A stretch of 63,271 nt of DNA, counting the filler, from Reticulomyxa filosa (taxonomy: Eukaryota; Protista; Foraminifera): the NCBI GenBank assembly GCA_000512085.1. It is 17 parts of 17 records of this genome, joined end to end, with 100 filler letters (N's around TTAATTAATTAA, not from the genome) between each part and the next. Parts side by side here need not be neighbours in the genome. Positions count along the whole stretch, not along the records: positions 25,345 to 28,425 come from ASPP01013783.1; positions 28,526 to 36,190 come from ASPP01007518.1; positions 36,291 to 37,385 come from ASPP01011911.1; positions 37,486 to 44,042 come from ASPP01003664.1; 13 more parts are not named here. One strand, given 5' to 3'. The translations under genes and the position numbers were made by a program. The notes under the pieces were generated by a model. It did no database searches. It saw only the letters and a list, made by a program, of their open reading frames with translations, and was not told the DNA's origin. Each line of letters opens with the position of its first letter. Position 1 is the first letter of the stretch. Below are positions 26,074 to 38,678 of this stretch, in pieces.

Positions 26074-26577
26074 GTGAAGATGAAGAAGAAAATGCCAATG
26101 AACATGCACGCGTGGACCAGGACAGGCAAGAGTAAGGACGACAGCGCAGCAAAAAGGAGAAAGCGTCCATTGAGTGAGCTGAGGTCGGACAATGAAGAAA
26201 AAGAAGAAGACCAAGCGCTTCCAAAGGCCAAGAGAATGAAGTTTGAGGAAGTAGAAAGCGTCAAAGTCGAAAAGAACGGCATTCTGACAACAAAGGAAAG
26301 CAACGATCCAACAAAATCATCGGATCCATCCAACGAGAATGACAATGCAAACAAAGACACAACAAAAAAAAAAATGCAAATATAAATGTAAATGCAAGTG
26401 AAAGTGAAAGTGAAGAAAAGGATACAACGACAACGACGACGAGAGATAAAAAAAAAGAGAGGAAAAAGCAACTGAAAATAGGACAACAACACGCGATAGA
26501 AAAAAAAAAGGGGACTCGATGGAATGTGAGTTTTTGGACGGAAGAATGAAGTTAATGATGATTCAGAAAATGAATGA
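26074..26577 (+). CDS. Hypothetical charged low-complexity protein with NLS-like basic clusters
   Basis: ORF 26074-26385 (AAKRRKRP, PKAKRMK), followed by further protein-like sequence across poly-A runs. No known domain. Confidence 0.35.
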
Positions 26578-26988
26578 CCAATTGGTCCACTTTGGAGAGC
26601 ACTGCAAAGAAAAATGTTAAAAAAATTTCCGCAAAGTTGGAAGGCTGGGGTCCTTTTTTTTTAATTGGTTTTTTTGTGGGAAAATTATGAGCCATCTTTT
26701 CCACAAAGAATGATCAACCATTTTTACAAAAAATATCACAAAACATCGTAACACCCTTGCATCAATTCGTCCATTTCTTTGAGCAAAAACAACTAATGCT
26801 GACACACTTTAATCTGAGCGCTGCACATAACAAAGCAATTCATTCTTTTTGTTTTTCTAAACTGATCAAAAGAAAAAAAAAAGCCAGCACAACGTGTTGA
26901 GCAACATAAAACTACGACGAGTCAAAGGACAAATGGGGAGTGGATTTTTTTTAACAAATATATTAGCTTGATAAATAAAGTTTACATA

Positions 26989-28378
26989 ATGCAATTGAAT
27001 GATCTGCCAGAAGCTCTTTTGGCATTGATATTTACTTATTTCACAGATTTGAGAATTTTGTTACTGTATCAGCGTGTTTGTCAATTTTGGCAAAAGCAAA
27101 TCCAGAGGTTCGAGAGAAGAGAGGGGGGGGGGGAAAAACAAAAACGAAAGGATGAAATGACACACCAAAAAAAAAAAAAAAAAAAAAACTGAGTAGACAA
27201 AATGTGCACTAATAATGCGAAGATATCGAGAGTATACAGCAAAAGAATGGTCAGAGATAAGTGACAGTATCCGGAAAAACTTGAACAAGAGACAGGCGAC
27301 ATATTACATAAGTATCCACCGATGTAACATCGACACGGCATCGTTGTTGAAGCTAGTGGAAGGGAGCAACTTGCAATACTTTGACATAAGAGAGTGTCGT
27401 AAACTTCGAAACAGCTACACATCGGAGTCATGTCCGCCGAAAGACTTGTTGGAAACAGTGGTTTTGAAGCACAAATGTCCAATACTGTCGTCGATGAGAT
27501 GCACTGCAATGGGCAATTTGTACGAGCGCTTTTTCATACCTTTTTTAACGCCAGGGACGACCTCTTCGTCACAAGTGCCGTCCAATCCTTTCATTTCACC
27601 ATTTCAACATTTGCGATGTCTGCTGTTAAATGGTAACTTGAACGCCGATCGGTTGGAAGAGTTTCCTCAGCCTTTTTACTTTGATCGTATTTTCAGTTGG
27701 GTCCTTGTTTCAATATTATTAACAAAAAAAAAAAAAAAAAAAACATTTACATTTGGGTGTGTTCCCCTTTTATATACATATATGTATACGTAACGTATAT
27801 ATATGTATATAAATATATATATATATAGTATACGTATTATTTATGTATGTATACATATATGTACATGTACATCGTGTATACATACACATGCACGCATGTA
27901 TACGTATATATATATATATATATATATATATTGCACATGCACACAGAACAAGAGAATTTTCCACAGTTGGAATGCCTGGCGCTGACAAACGAATGTCTGT
28001 CGCAGGTGTCGATTGACTTTTTGCTGCGCTTGTCGTCGCTGCGCTACTTGTTCTTAGGGGGGTCGATGTTGATCAACCCGCTGTCTGTGACGAACGATCA
28101 CGAGTCACCCTCGATCATCTATCCGGAGACGTACCTATTGCACCAAGAGTCTAAAGAGGAAAAGCATTTGCTCGACAACGACAACGACAATGACGACGAC
28201 GACGACGACGACGATAACGATAACAACGACTATAACCCAGAATCGAAACAAGATCAAAACCCTTTGGCTGTTTTGAAGAAGCTAAAGCGAATCGGTCATA
28301 TCACACACGTTACAAAAGTCTTGCTTATTTTGGTCCAAAGATTAAAGTGGCTAGAATTGACCTTCCAACACCCTAAAG

Positions 28379-28380
<2 letters not shown>
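26989..28380 (+). CDS. F-box / leucine-rich-repeat protein (3'-partial)
   Basis: F-box MQLNDLPEALLALIFTYF...RVCQFW, plus LRR-like LQYFDIREC, LRCLLLNGN, FPQLECLAL and LRYLFLGG. Confidence 0.82.
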
Positions 28381-28424
<44 letters not shown>

Positions 28425-28543
28425 TNNNNNNNNNNNNNNNNNNNNNNNNNNNNNNNNNNNNNNNNNNNNTTAATTAATTAANNNNNNNNNNNNNNNNNNN
28501 NNNNNNNNNNNNNNNNNNNNNNNNNAAAAAAAAAAAATTATGT

Positions 28544-29959
28544 TCAAGTACTTTTTTCTGAGCTACTCCCTAATCTACGACCGGCTCCACCTCGGCGCCA
28601 TCGTAGAGAGCCGCTGGGAATGTTAGAAAGCTGAACATTGCGATTGAAGTTGGAATGAAAGAAGGAGGACACATAGTTGCGCAAGTCAGCCTGCGCGGAT
28701 TGAGTATGTTTCCAAATGTAATAGCAGGCCACACCAGTGGCAAACCCACTGACATGAACAATGGGCGACACATCGCCCGAAGATTGGGACTGACTTATAT
28801 CCTGTATCATTGACCACAGTTCGGGATGCAATCTTTGATAGTCTCCATACAGCGAAAGTACATCCCAAAAGCATGCAAAGGCAATTGTGGGTAGCATCGA
28901 TATTTGATCTCTTCCACTATTTTGCTTTTTTTTTTTTTTTTTAAAGGGGGGACTTAAGTTCAGTTTTTTTTTTCAAAAAAAAAAAAAATAAAATAAAATA
29001 AATAACATTTGAAATCAAACTTGTTGAGAATAGATGGATTTGACTTTGCGGATCAACTCCTCCAGAGTCCAAAAGAAATCGAACCCGGACAGAGCAAAGA
29101 CACATGCGCTGCTACCGACGAACATGTTGTGATCATTGACGAGTTTGTAAAGGAAATCGCTCGCCCGTCCGCTGTAGTAATCCACGTGCGAGCCGACTGC
29201 ATCCTTCACCGGCTCCCACCAGTTGTCCTTCACTTCATTTATGCCCGACGGAATCGCCGTCGTCACTGGCGCGGGCCTCTCGGGCTGTCGGCGAGATCGC
29301 CATACCACTGCCAAGTTGCCAATCACGCCACCACTCAAATACGTCAGCCAAAACATTGGACCACCTTTTTTTTTTTTTTTTTTTTTAATGTTCATTGCTT
29401 TGTATGAGTTTGGGGGAGCCCCCTTTTTTGATGGTTTGAGACAGCGATTGAACGACTTAAAAAAATACACAAAATTTTTTTCATTCATTCGTTTTTATTT
29501 GTTATTAGCTGTCATCTCCCATGGCTATTCAGAAAACATCTTACCGATGTTGGGGATCAAGTGGATTGCTTTAAATGTAAACGGCAAAAAGTTCGACCAC
29601 CAATGGTCAAACCCTCGGTGCACTATTGCTGACGTCGCCAGTGTGTGGTATCGGTGAGCGTCCCAATTCGTCAGCGAAAACACAAAGTGCTTCGAAAATA
29701 TACTTGATGACACTGGGTAGAAACGAAAGTCATTGTCTTTCAATTGTCTCTAGTTTTTTAAAAATTGTTCACGTCTTTCAAAGTGACTCAAACAACCCCC
29801 AAAAGAGGCGAGAAACGAAGGAGCTTTTTCTACGTATTTGTACGTATATAGCTTCTCTTCATAAAATACCTCGCTGAGAACGAACGGAATTTGGACAAAA
29901 AAAAGAGCCAACAAGTGAGGAGTTGCTGTTGGCAATTGTATGGAAACGTTCAAATCCAT
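28544..29959 (-). CDS. Rhomboid-family intramembrane serine protease (PARL-like), multi-exon
   Basis: RYHTLATSAIVHRGFDHWWSN (HxxxxHxxxN), YLSGGVIGNL, catalytic FVGSSA (GxS) and IVHVSGFATG (HxxG). Confidence 0.8.
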
Positions 29960-30423
29960 TTTTTCCCGTACAGATTAAAAAAAAAATGCACTTTACAAGG
30001 GGGACTAAACTTCTTTTACGAACTTACTATCTTTTTTTGCAAAGCAAACAACATTTTAAAAAAATTAATTCCAATTGGATTGCAAGATATCAAATATTGT
30101 GTTTTTTTTATTGAAAATTAATATTACTTTTTTAAATTGTTTTTTTTCTACATCATCAACAATACAATTAATTTTGAAATGTAATTATATGTGCGTCCAC
30201 TAAAAATCAGCACACATCACCATTTCTATCACTAAACAATAAGTATCAATTAAGAATATTTATACTTTTTTTAAAATTTTATATTCTTAAACAAAATACC
30301 AAACATAAAAACTTTTAAACGCTAAACCGCTCACATGTACTTTTTTTTTAAGACACTAAAAACTAATTTTACTTTGCAATGTTATCCAAGCCTCTAACAG
30401 AAAACTTTCGTCGAAGACTACAG

Positions 30424-30969
30424 TATGTTACCTTAAAAATTCAAAAATTGGCCCCATTATTTTGGTGCTTGCGCAAGATGAAATTGAGCTGCTGACAGAT
30501 GCACGAAGCTCACTGGGACACCAATAACATTGTTCAAACGTTTGTCTCGTTTTTCATGAATTCTCAATGGAGCCGTTCTGCTTTATTTTTTGTTTTTTGT
30601 GTTGCGCTTTATTTCGCAAAAGCATTACAAACTGAACCACTTATACATGTTATTATAAATAATAATACGTCAAGTGATCTGATGCGAAAGATTTTTTTGT
30701 GTAAGCAAATGATCAGATCGAATGAACAAAAAGTTTGTGGAAAAATCAAACAAAATATTTTTGCTTGATTGTTTGAATAATATATATTTAGCATTTGTGT
30801 TCGAAGCATTTGGCGACAATTTATTGATGTTGTCAACGCGTACAGTTATCGTGGTTTCCTTTGGCAATAATGAAGCAGATCGCAAAAGAAGTGTTAAGAA
30901 TTAGCTTATTTGCACGATCACTGCAGCATTGTACACACAGGCTTGAAGCAGGAAAATGTCATATTGCCC
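30424..30969 (+). pseudogene. SR-protein kinase (SRPK-like) pseudogene fragment
   Basis: YVTLKIQKLAP/[fs]..AQDEIELL; FVFEAFGDNLL/[fs]..AYSYRGF; AYLHDHCSIVHTGLKQENVIL (canonical IIHTDLKPENVLL, catalytic Asp lost). Frameshifts and stops present. Confidence 0.78.
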
Positions 30970-32582
30970 AATCGAGTTGGAGAACTCCAAATGCATTACG
31001 CTTTGAAATCAACTAGTTTGATTTTTTTTTAAGTTTAATTTTATTTGTCGATATGCATACATCAACAAATAAGAAAACATTTAAAAAAATTTTATATAAA
31101 TGGGCCCTTTGATATATTTGAAATAAAATTGTAAATGAAAAACAAAAAAATCAACGCGGACTCAATCAATTGGAAAAGCAAATGGCAGATATGAAACATA
31201 AGGGCGAGCAACATATTGAAAAAATAAATGAATTTAGATCAAAGATAACAAGTTTGTAAGCAGAAATTACACAATATCAACAGTATACTAGCAACAACAC
31301 ATCAGAATATTACTGACTAAGTAAGGCGACTATGAATTTGTTGCAAAGTGAGAAAAAAGGATAAAATTAAAATGATAGTCCGTAAAGGCTATTGAAACAG
31401 TTTTTTGAAGTTCTTTTTAAAAAAAGTTGTCAAGCACATACATTTTTTTTTTTGAAATAAAAAAAAATAGTGCATTTACTGCCATAAAATAAAAGAAAAT
31501 CGTCTTTATGAAAATGACAAATTGCAAAATATTGTAACTCAAATAGCGAAAATTGTATATTTGGGAAATGCTTGTAAGATGATAGTCACATTATTCTTAA
31601 CACAAAAAATATTATTTATAAAAGGAAATAATAAAAGCTAAAATATAAATTTCGTTGTATTAACTATTTTTAAAAAAATTAAATTTGATAATTTATTAAT
31701 AATTTGAAAAAGATTTATTTGCATACTTCAAACTAATTTTTCATGCTTTAATGAAAAAAAATTATAGAAAAAAACGTTGTTGGATTAGCTCATATGCTGA
31801 ATCGACCATGAGCAACCGGAACACACAAGCTGACCAGCCAAAGCGGTGCTTATGTTAGCCACTATGCCCCTACAGCAAGCAGAAACAATATGACTAGTAT
31901 AGTGTTAATGCAGTAAGTACATAATATCATTATTTCACTAACTTGTACAATACATCTTTATTTTTTGTGAATCACAATTCTTATTATTTTTTCTTGGGTA
32001 GCAGGACCAAACAAGACTAATATCTGCAACGCTAGCCCAAAATTTACACTGAATGATACTTTCGCAATATACCGAAATTAGGCTATTGGCTGTTGTATGA
32101 CGTCATGCACCAAAATACAAATTCCGACCATCACCCACATAATGTGACAAGAGACACCTCTTTTAGTCATTATCTTTTTTTCCCCTTCATTGTGTAAACA
32201 GTAAGACCGAAGAGTCGTACGCCCAAACTTACCTTGACATAAACAACATTACTCAAAAATAGCATAAATAAAAGTGAATACTGGCACTCTGGCAAAGAAA
32301 CTGGCAGAATGCTTCATGAAATAGTTTCGATACTATAAGGTAATGATCTTAGTTTGAGACACAAAAAAGGAACTAATGTATCCTGTAGCCGAGAGTACAA
32401 AAGGCATATTATGCCACACCAAGAAAGCTATATCCAATTTTTTTTTTTAGACAATGTTTTAAATTAAATTGTATTACTCCTCACATTTGAATAGCAAATG
32501 TGGTTAAGGGCATTCATGGGCCAATTATATGAAGCCCATCGGCAAAAAATCTATGAAGGTAAAAAATATTAGTAATGCTATC

Positions 32583-34023
32583 TCACAGACGAGTTTTATT
32601 CCTGGTGTGTAGTATGATATACTCTTGTTTCCAATGTTTGACAACGGGCCCCCATTGGAGTGCAAGGTGGGCGGCATACTGTGTCGGATCAGTAAATCCA
32701 GGAATGCCATATTTTTTGCTCAAAAGACTCAAAATGGTTTGATCATGTCTATTTTCTCTGAAGCCAACCAAGTTGGGTGCTAATTCGGAGGGCCGATCGG
32801 TAAGAATGCGATCGTCCATGGACCAGTACAGCCACTCGTTTAAGAAATGGATGCTATCTGGGTTTTTTTGGAAGCATGCGAAGCTGGCTTGTTTATGCAA
32901 CGTGTTATACATTATCACGCGGTCAACTTTCATCAAGATGAATGCATCCCTCTTACTCCAATACCGTTCCCTTTGCCACTCACTTGGCTTCTGATTAAAT
33001 GTTAAGACTCCATACTTTATTTTGGAGGTCAGCTCCCAAAATGCACCTGCCGAATTTATCCACGTCGTGCCAGTGTCGGTATAACATACAATATCGCACG
33101 CCTTCAACTGGCGTAGCATCACATCAAGTATTATATAAGGCTTCCACAGCCAATATCCTGTTTCATTGATTTTCATTATTTTTATTATTATTTGTATGCG
33201 TTTGTTTTTTTTAGGTACGTATAAATGTATACGTACTTATATGTTGTATACGTATTTGCTGTATTTTTTTTTTGTAACCTGCTCCTCTGGTTTGGGATAA
33301 AATGTGACTATTGACAGTTCGAAATCTCGAAGTAAGATTGTGCATAGTGTAGTGAATGACCCGGTCAAAGCCTCCACTATGTAAAGCACTCCGAGCATGC
33401 TCGGGACCACTCGCTTCGCAACATGCATGTGTAAAGTACACTGCAATCTTTTGTACTTTGTCCAAACCTTTGTCTCTGTCGGAAAAGACACTGTCCTTAG
33501 AATTCAGTATAGCGCAACTCGGATGAGCCCCTTTCAAATATTTGCCTTTGTCAATATGGCTATGGGACTGGCTCCATACCTTGTGCATGTACTCGGATGT
33601 ATACTCATTCCACTCTCTCGAATACACGTAGTATCTCTTATCTCTCTTAAATGCCTTTCGATATCCCAAAAGTAACTTTTTACCTTATTTTTTTCAAAAA
33701 AAAAAGTGAAACAAATACAAACACCAAATTTATATTCGCTATTCTAGAGTTGGTTTTCGTTTTACTTTTAGTCATCCACAAAATGTGAACCCAGTAGATG
33801 TGCATAGCTAACTGATGTTTTGGAACAAAAGCAACTCTTCGTTAAACAATTTTTTGCGAAGTTGGATGTCGTCTGCATAAAAGATCCTTTTTTTGAAAGG
33901 CCCGAGCTTGTGAAACACGAGCAAGGTTGCAACGTTTTCCGCGCTAAAATGGACCAGGAAGAATCTCAACATGACCAAAAATACCAGGATGCCAAACAGA
34001 CAAAGGTTGTTGTTTGGACGCAT
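32583..34023 (-). CDS. Type II membrane putative glycosyltransferase ('GYWxWKP...DxG...RHDQ' family), multi-exon
   Basis: N-terminal TM anchor (LCLFGILVFLVMLRFFLV). Spliced RGAG|YWLWKPYII, then IVCYTDTG, WSKRDAF and ENRHDQTILSLL. Confidence 0.6.
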
Positions 34024-34489
34024 CCAAGTTAATAATGCTTGTCAAATGGAAGCTTTTGTTTGTGCAAAGATGTGTGCAAAAAAAAAGGCTCATTCTCTTT
34101 GAACGTTTTGTTCTTTCCCGACGATTTTTTTTTTTTTTTGCGGTCACCAGCCCTTTTCTTAGTCTTTGAGATACTGGATTCATCGAAACATTTGGTTTGC
34201 AAGTTTTGTGGTCGGCAAAGTTTAATTTTTAGGAAACATGGACAGAAATATTTGTCAAAATAAAAAAAAGAAAAAGCCAAGAGTGAAATAGCAAAACGCT
34301 GATTACCTTTAAGTATAGGAAAGATTTATTTTTTTATTTTTTTCCTCAAGTTTAAGTTGGAAATGTAATGACGAAGCACAAAAAGAGGGCAAAAGAAAAA
34401 CAAACGAAGGTACACAGTCAATAGTAAAAAAAAAAAAAAAAATTGTGTGAATTCTGTAGATATTAAAAACAAAACCAAAAAAAATAAAT

Positions 34490-36043
34490 CTAAGGTTTAT
34501 GATAAGGGGAAGGGATAATTTTAAGTATATCAGTGGTGTCAAGCGTGCATCCATAAACAGCAATTCTGCCCACAGATCCTTCGTGCCATGTGCCATTGGC
34601 ATTTCCGCCCAAGCATTCGACATGTCCGGTGACGTGTTTGCGGTCTCCCTTTTCGTTGAGGACTTTGATCAAAATGGACCCGCCACTGCCCCCTCCGCCA
34701 CCAAAGTAGTCACTGCCGTCCAGTCCATTGCATTGGATTTTGCCATAATTGATCAAGTGTTGACTGACGACAATTTCGATAATGCCACCACCGCAGCCTC
34801 CGCCACTGCCAACCATTGCTACACCACCACCACTTCCAAAGTGTATCTCTTTGAGCAGCGTCTCTTCGCCGTAGGCCTTTCCGCCTTGTTTGCTCGGCGC
34901 ATCGGCGCCATGTCCAGCACCAGCGCCAAGCTTGCCAGCGCCGGGTCCCTTCATGGACTTGTAGCCCAAGCCATTGCAATGGATGACGCATGTGTCGTTT
35001 GCCAAGAGCAAGTGACTGCATCGAAGGCGCAAATGGCCAAAGCCTTCATTCGCGCAGTCACAGGTGATTTCGATGTTCTTCCCCAGCAAGTACACCCCAT
35101 ATTTGTACTCGTTCCACTCCTTATTCTTCATTTCAATCTTGGCGTTGTTCTTTTCAACGAGCAAGTAGTCCCTGCCATTCTCCAAGTTTTTCGGAGGAGA
35201 AAACATTAGTGCACGCACCATATCTTCGCAAGAGAGTTGGCTTATGTCCAGCAGCGCATCTGGTTGTTCATTTTCAGCTGTCTTATTGTGATCTTTTTCC
35301 TTTTCTTTTTCTTTTTCTTTTTCTTTCTCTTTTATCTTAATTCTCTCTCTTTCCTTTTCCTTTTCCTCTTCCTCTTTTCTCTCCCTCTCTCTTTGTTTTT
35401 CTTCTTCTTCTTCTTCTTCTTCTTTTTCCTTTTGTCTTTGTTTTTCCCTCTCTTTTTCTTTTTCTTTTTCTCGTTCTCTTTCTTTTTCTCGTTCTCTTTC
35501 TCGTTCTTGCTCTTTTTCCTTTTCTTTTTTTTCGTCTGCAGCCTTTGACGACAAGGGCGTATTCCCCGAGTTTGCAATCTGGTTGACTTTCTGTTTGAGC
35601 TGTTCATTTTCGGTTTGTAGTTGCACGATCTGCTGTTTGAGCAGCGCCTTTTTGCTGGGTTTGTTGGGGTCGTTTTTGCGCTTGTGTTCCTTGAACGTGG
35701 ATGTGGACGACGTGATGTTGGCGACACCTGAGGCGGTGGTGATGGTGGTGGCGCCCGTGGCGGCATTGGTGGTCGCATTGGAAGTCGTCGTTGTTGTTGT
35801 TGTTGTTGTCGTCGCTGCGACAGTGCCTGACGATGATAGCGACGTGCGCTTGGGATCACTGGCGCTGTCCACGCTTTTGCTATGTTCCAGCGAGATATCT
35901 CGGTGTGATGACACCTGCGTCTGCAGACGTTCCACCGTTTGCCTCAGCTCTTCGATTGTCTTGTCTTTGGTCTGCACGAGCAACTGCAGCTTCTTCACCT
36001 CCTCGTCCTCTTTCCCGTCACTCGTGGTCCCATTCCCATCCAT
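34490..36043 (-). CDS. Coiled-coil / E-K-rich protein with C-terminal glycine-rich domain
   Basis: Uninterrupted 517-aa ORF. The C-terminus has GAGAGHG...HFGSGGG...GGCGGGIIEI...IQCNG...GGGGSGGSILI...GSVGRIAVY. Confidence 0.8.
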   Translation of the reverse strand: MDGNGTTSDGKEDEEVKKLQLLVQTKDKTIEELRQTVERLQTQVSSHRDISLEHSKSVDSASDPKRTSLSSSGTVAATTTTTTTTTTSNATTNAATGATTITTASGVANITSSTSTFKEHKRKNDPNKPSKKALLKQQIVQLQTENEQLKQKVNQIANSGNTPLSSKAADEKKEKEKEQEREREREKEREREKEKEKEREKQRQKEKEEEEEEEEKQRERERKEEEEKEKERERIKIKEKEKEKEKEKEKDHNKTAENEQPDALLDISQLSCEDMVRALMFSPPKNLENGRDYLLVEKNNAKIEMKNKEWNEYKYGVYLLGKNIEITCDCANEGFGHLRLRCSHLLLANDTCVIHCNGLGYKSMKGPGAGKLGAGAGHGADAPSKQGGKAYGEETLLKEIHFGSGGGVAMVGSGGGCGGGIIEIVVSQHLINYGKIQCNGLDGSDYFGGGGGSGGSILIKVLNEKGDRKHVTGHVECLGGNANGTWHEGSVGRIAVYGCTLDTTDILKIIPSPYHKP

Positions 36044-36156
36044 CGTATCGCTCTCTCCATCATTTGCATTTGCATTTGCATTTGCATTGGAGGAAGAGAA
36101 TGATGAGGAGCCAAGGCCAAGACTTCCAAGGCCAAGTCTTTTTTTTTTTATATTAC

Positions 36157-36190
<34 letters not shown>

Positions 36191-36290
36191 NNNNNNNNNN
36201 NNNNNNNNNNNNNNNNNNNNNNNNNNNNNNNNNNTTAATTAATTAANNNNNNNNNNNNNNNNNNNNNNNNNNNNNNNNNNNNNNNNNNNN

Positions 36291-37155
36291 GCCCTGGCCC
36301 GCCATTGCCATCACGGCGACGAGGCCCACGGAGATGATGGCTCCCTGCCCGATGTTGAGCAGCGACAGCGTGCGGCTCGAGCGGATCGCGGCATCCTCGT
36401 AGCGCCGGCGGCCGACATCGTATCGCCTTGCCTCGTGCGGCTCGTTGCCGAAATACTTCACGGTCTCGAAGTTCAGCAGGCTGTCGATCGCCTTGGCGTT
36501 CGAGTCGGTGTCGGCCTCGTTCATCGAGCGCACGAACTTGATGCGCCATTCCGAGAAGACGATCGAGAAGACGATGTAGACGCCGACCACGACCAGCGTC
36601 ACGACGGAGAAGCGCCAGTCGTAGAGGCTCCACAGGATGCCGCCGACCAGGACGATCTCGAACAGCGTCGGCAGGATGTTGAAGGTCGTGAAGCGGATCA
36701 GGAATCCATGCCCTGGTGCCGCGCTCGATGACGCGACTGATGCCGCCGGTCTGCCGCTCGAGATGGAACCGCAGGGACAATGCATGGAGATGGCCGAACA
36801 CTTCGAGCGCCAGATTGCGGATGGCGCGCTGGGCGACAGGGGCGAAGATGGCGTCGCGGATTTCGCCGAAGGCCTGCGCGGCCACGCGCGCGAAGCCGTA
36901 GGCGACGATCAGGGCGATCGGCACCGCGACTGCCTGGGCGGCGGGCGTTCCCAGCGCGTCAACGGCGTCCTTGTAGAGCAGCGGGACGTAGACGTTCGTG
37001 ACCTTGGCCACCACCAGCAGGACGAGGGCGATTGCGACCCGCACGCGGAGCGCCAGTTCATTCTTCGGCCACAAATGGCGCCCGAGAATCTTGATCACCC
37101 CCCAGGCGCGGGGTCCGTCGACCTGGGGGATGCCGTCAGGGCCGGGATTCGACAT
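36291..37155 (-). CDS. atm1: Bacterial ATM1/HMT1-type ABCB transporter, permease domain; one apparent frameshift; 3'-truncated
   Basis: GC-rich and intronless. HLHALSLRFHLERQTGGISRVIERG and AIDSLLNFETVKYFGNE are ATM1 signatures. Frame change near 36705-36715. Confidence 0.9.
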
Positions 37156-37261
37156 GAACGAAAAATGCCTTATTGGGCCACCATCTTCGATGGCGAAGGG
37201 AGCGTCGGCCTTCTATCGTGCCAAGGGAGCCGAGGTAAGCCCTTCCGGGAAAGGGAGTCTC

Positions 37262-37385
37262 ATGAGATTTCGTAGGGCCCTGGCAGCGATTGCCTTGAGC
37301 ACGGCCGTGCCGGCGGTGGCAGCGGCCCAGAGCGCCGCGCCGGACGCGCGACAGGTCGACATCGCCTACGAGATCACCTTCGCGG
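37262..37385 (+). CDS. Bacterial secreted protein, N-terminus (possibly DUF3108-like); 3'-truncated
   Basis: GGGAG Shine-Dalgarno-like sequence just upstream of the ATG; signal peptide MRFRRALAAIALSTAVPAVAAA; mature start ...VDIAYEITFA. Confidence 0.55.
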
Positions 37386-38678
37386 NNNNNNNNNNNNNNN
37401 NNNNNNNNNNNNNNNNNNNNNNNNNNNNNTTAATTAATTAANNNNNNNNNNNNNNNNNNNNNNNNNNNNNNNNNNNNNNNNNNNNTTCAACATTTCAAAT
37501 AGTGGCCATCCACAGCACAAATCATTATTTCAAAAAAAATCAAAATACATAATCAAATAATTAATGAAAAGGCGTTAACATAAAAAAAAGAACTCCCATT
37601 TGTTTTTTTTGTTGGGAGAATCCTCCCTAATGTTGTGAATAGAAGGAAGTTAAAAAAAATTTTAAAAATTTAGAAAAAAAAATACTTTAATTTTTATGAA
37701 AGTGAAATATTTTTAATTTGTGATTAATCTTAAACTCTAATAATGAAACTATACATAATATCAAATTTGAATTTTTTTTTAAGTTTTAAATGGATAGTTT
37801 TGTAGTAAATTAGATTATCTTTTATTTTGCTATTACAAATTTTTTATTTTGATATTTAATACACAGTATTTTGCAAAAAAAACATGAAAGCTACTTTGAA
37901 ATTTTAAATATAATACTGTCCTTTAAATAAAGTCATTTTAGGCTAAACAATTTTTCACTTTTACAATTTGAAATTTTTTAAAATATTTTTTATCATTTTG
38001 TTAAATCTCATTTAGTGTTGATAATAACTTGAATTTGTTTTGGCATTCAATTAAGTTTTTGCAATGTCTTTTTATTATTTTTTTCAAATTTTTCTGTGGT
38101 TGATCAACTTTGTAAAGTTTTGCTTTAATTATTGCATAGATCATGCAAATTTATATTGAATTTAATCACGTTCATTTTGTTTTATTTCAATACTTATTTA
38201 CTGTTTTATATTTGTGTCGTTTTGCGTTATATTGTAAAAACGATCTGTTTCTATTATTGTATAAGCAATATGTAGTGCTTATTAGCATTTCATATAATAT
38301 TTCTTTATAAATTGCTTTATGTTCTTCATAAGTTTCAGTTTTATCTTTTTTATAGTTGTATATAATGATTTAACTTCAAGTATTTGTTATTATCAAATAA
38401 AAAACTATGATTTCACTTTCGAACGCTGGTTTCTTGAGTAAAACCATTTTAGTATTATATTTAGTATAACCTCTTCAAGCTGACGTACAACATGTTTTTT
38501 TATGAAGTTTAGATTATATAATTTTCTTTTTTAAGAAATAACTATAATATAGCATAAAACATATTACCAAATTAAACAAGCAAATTTTTCCACATCAAAC
38601 ACAGCGCTTCAAAGAAAAAATAAAAAAAGCAACAAATTGTTTCAAAAAATCATACCTGCACAAAAAAAAGCACAAGAC

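Noticed and set aside
34499-36246. Long antisense ORFs (34499-35209, 35583-36242; likewise 14803-15735, 36637-37275)
   Set aside because: These are shadow ORFs opposite real low-complexity or GC-rich coding sequence and carry no independent motifs.
36700-36720. atm1 frameshift as pseudogenisation after HGT
   Set aside because: Adding one G and one A to short homopolymers restores GTRGMEFLIR. This is typical of homopolymer under-calls in a low-coverage contig.
37486-38670. Very AT-rich stretches (also 44143-45050, 58300-60900) as organellar DNA or ncRNA loci
   Set aside because: No tRNA, rRNA or organellar gene motifs were recognised; consistent with intergenic DNA.
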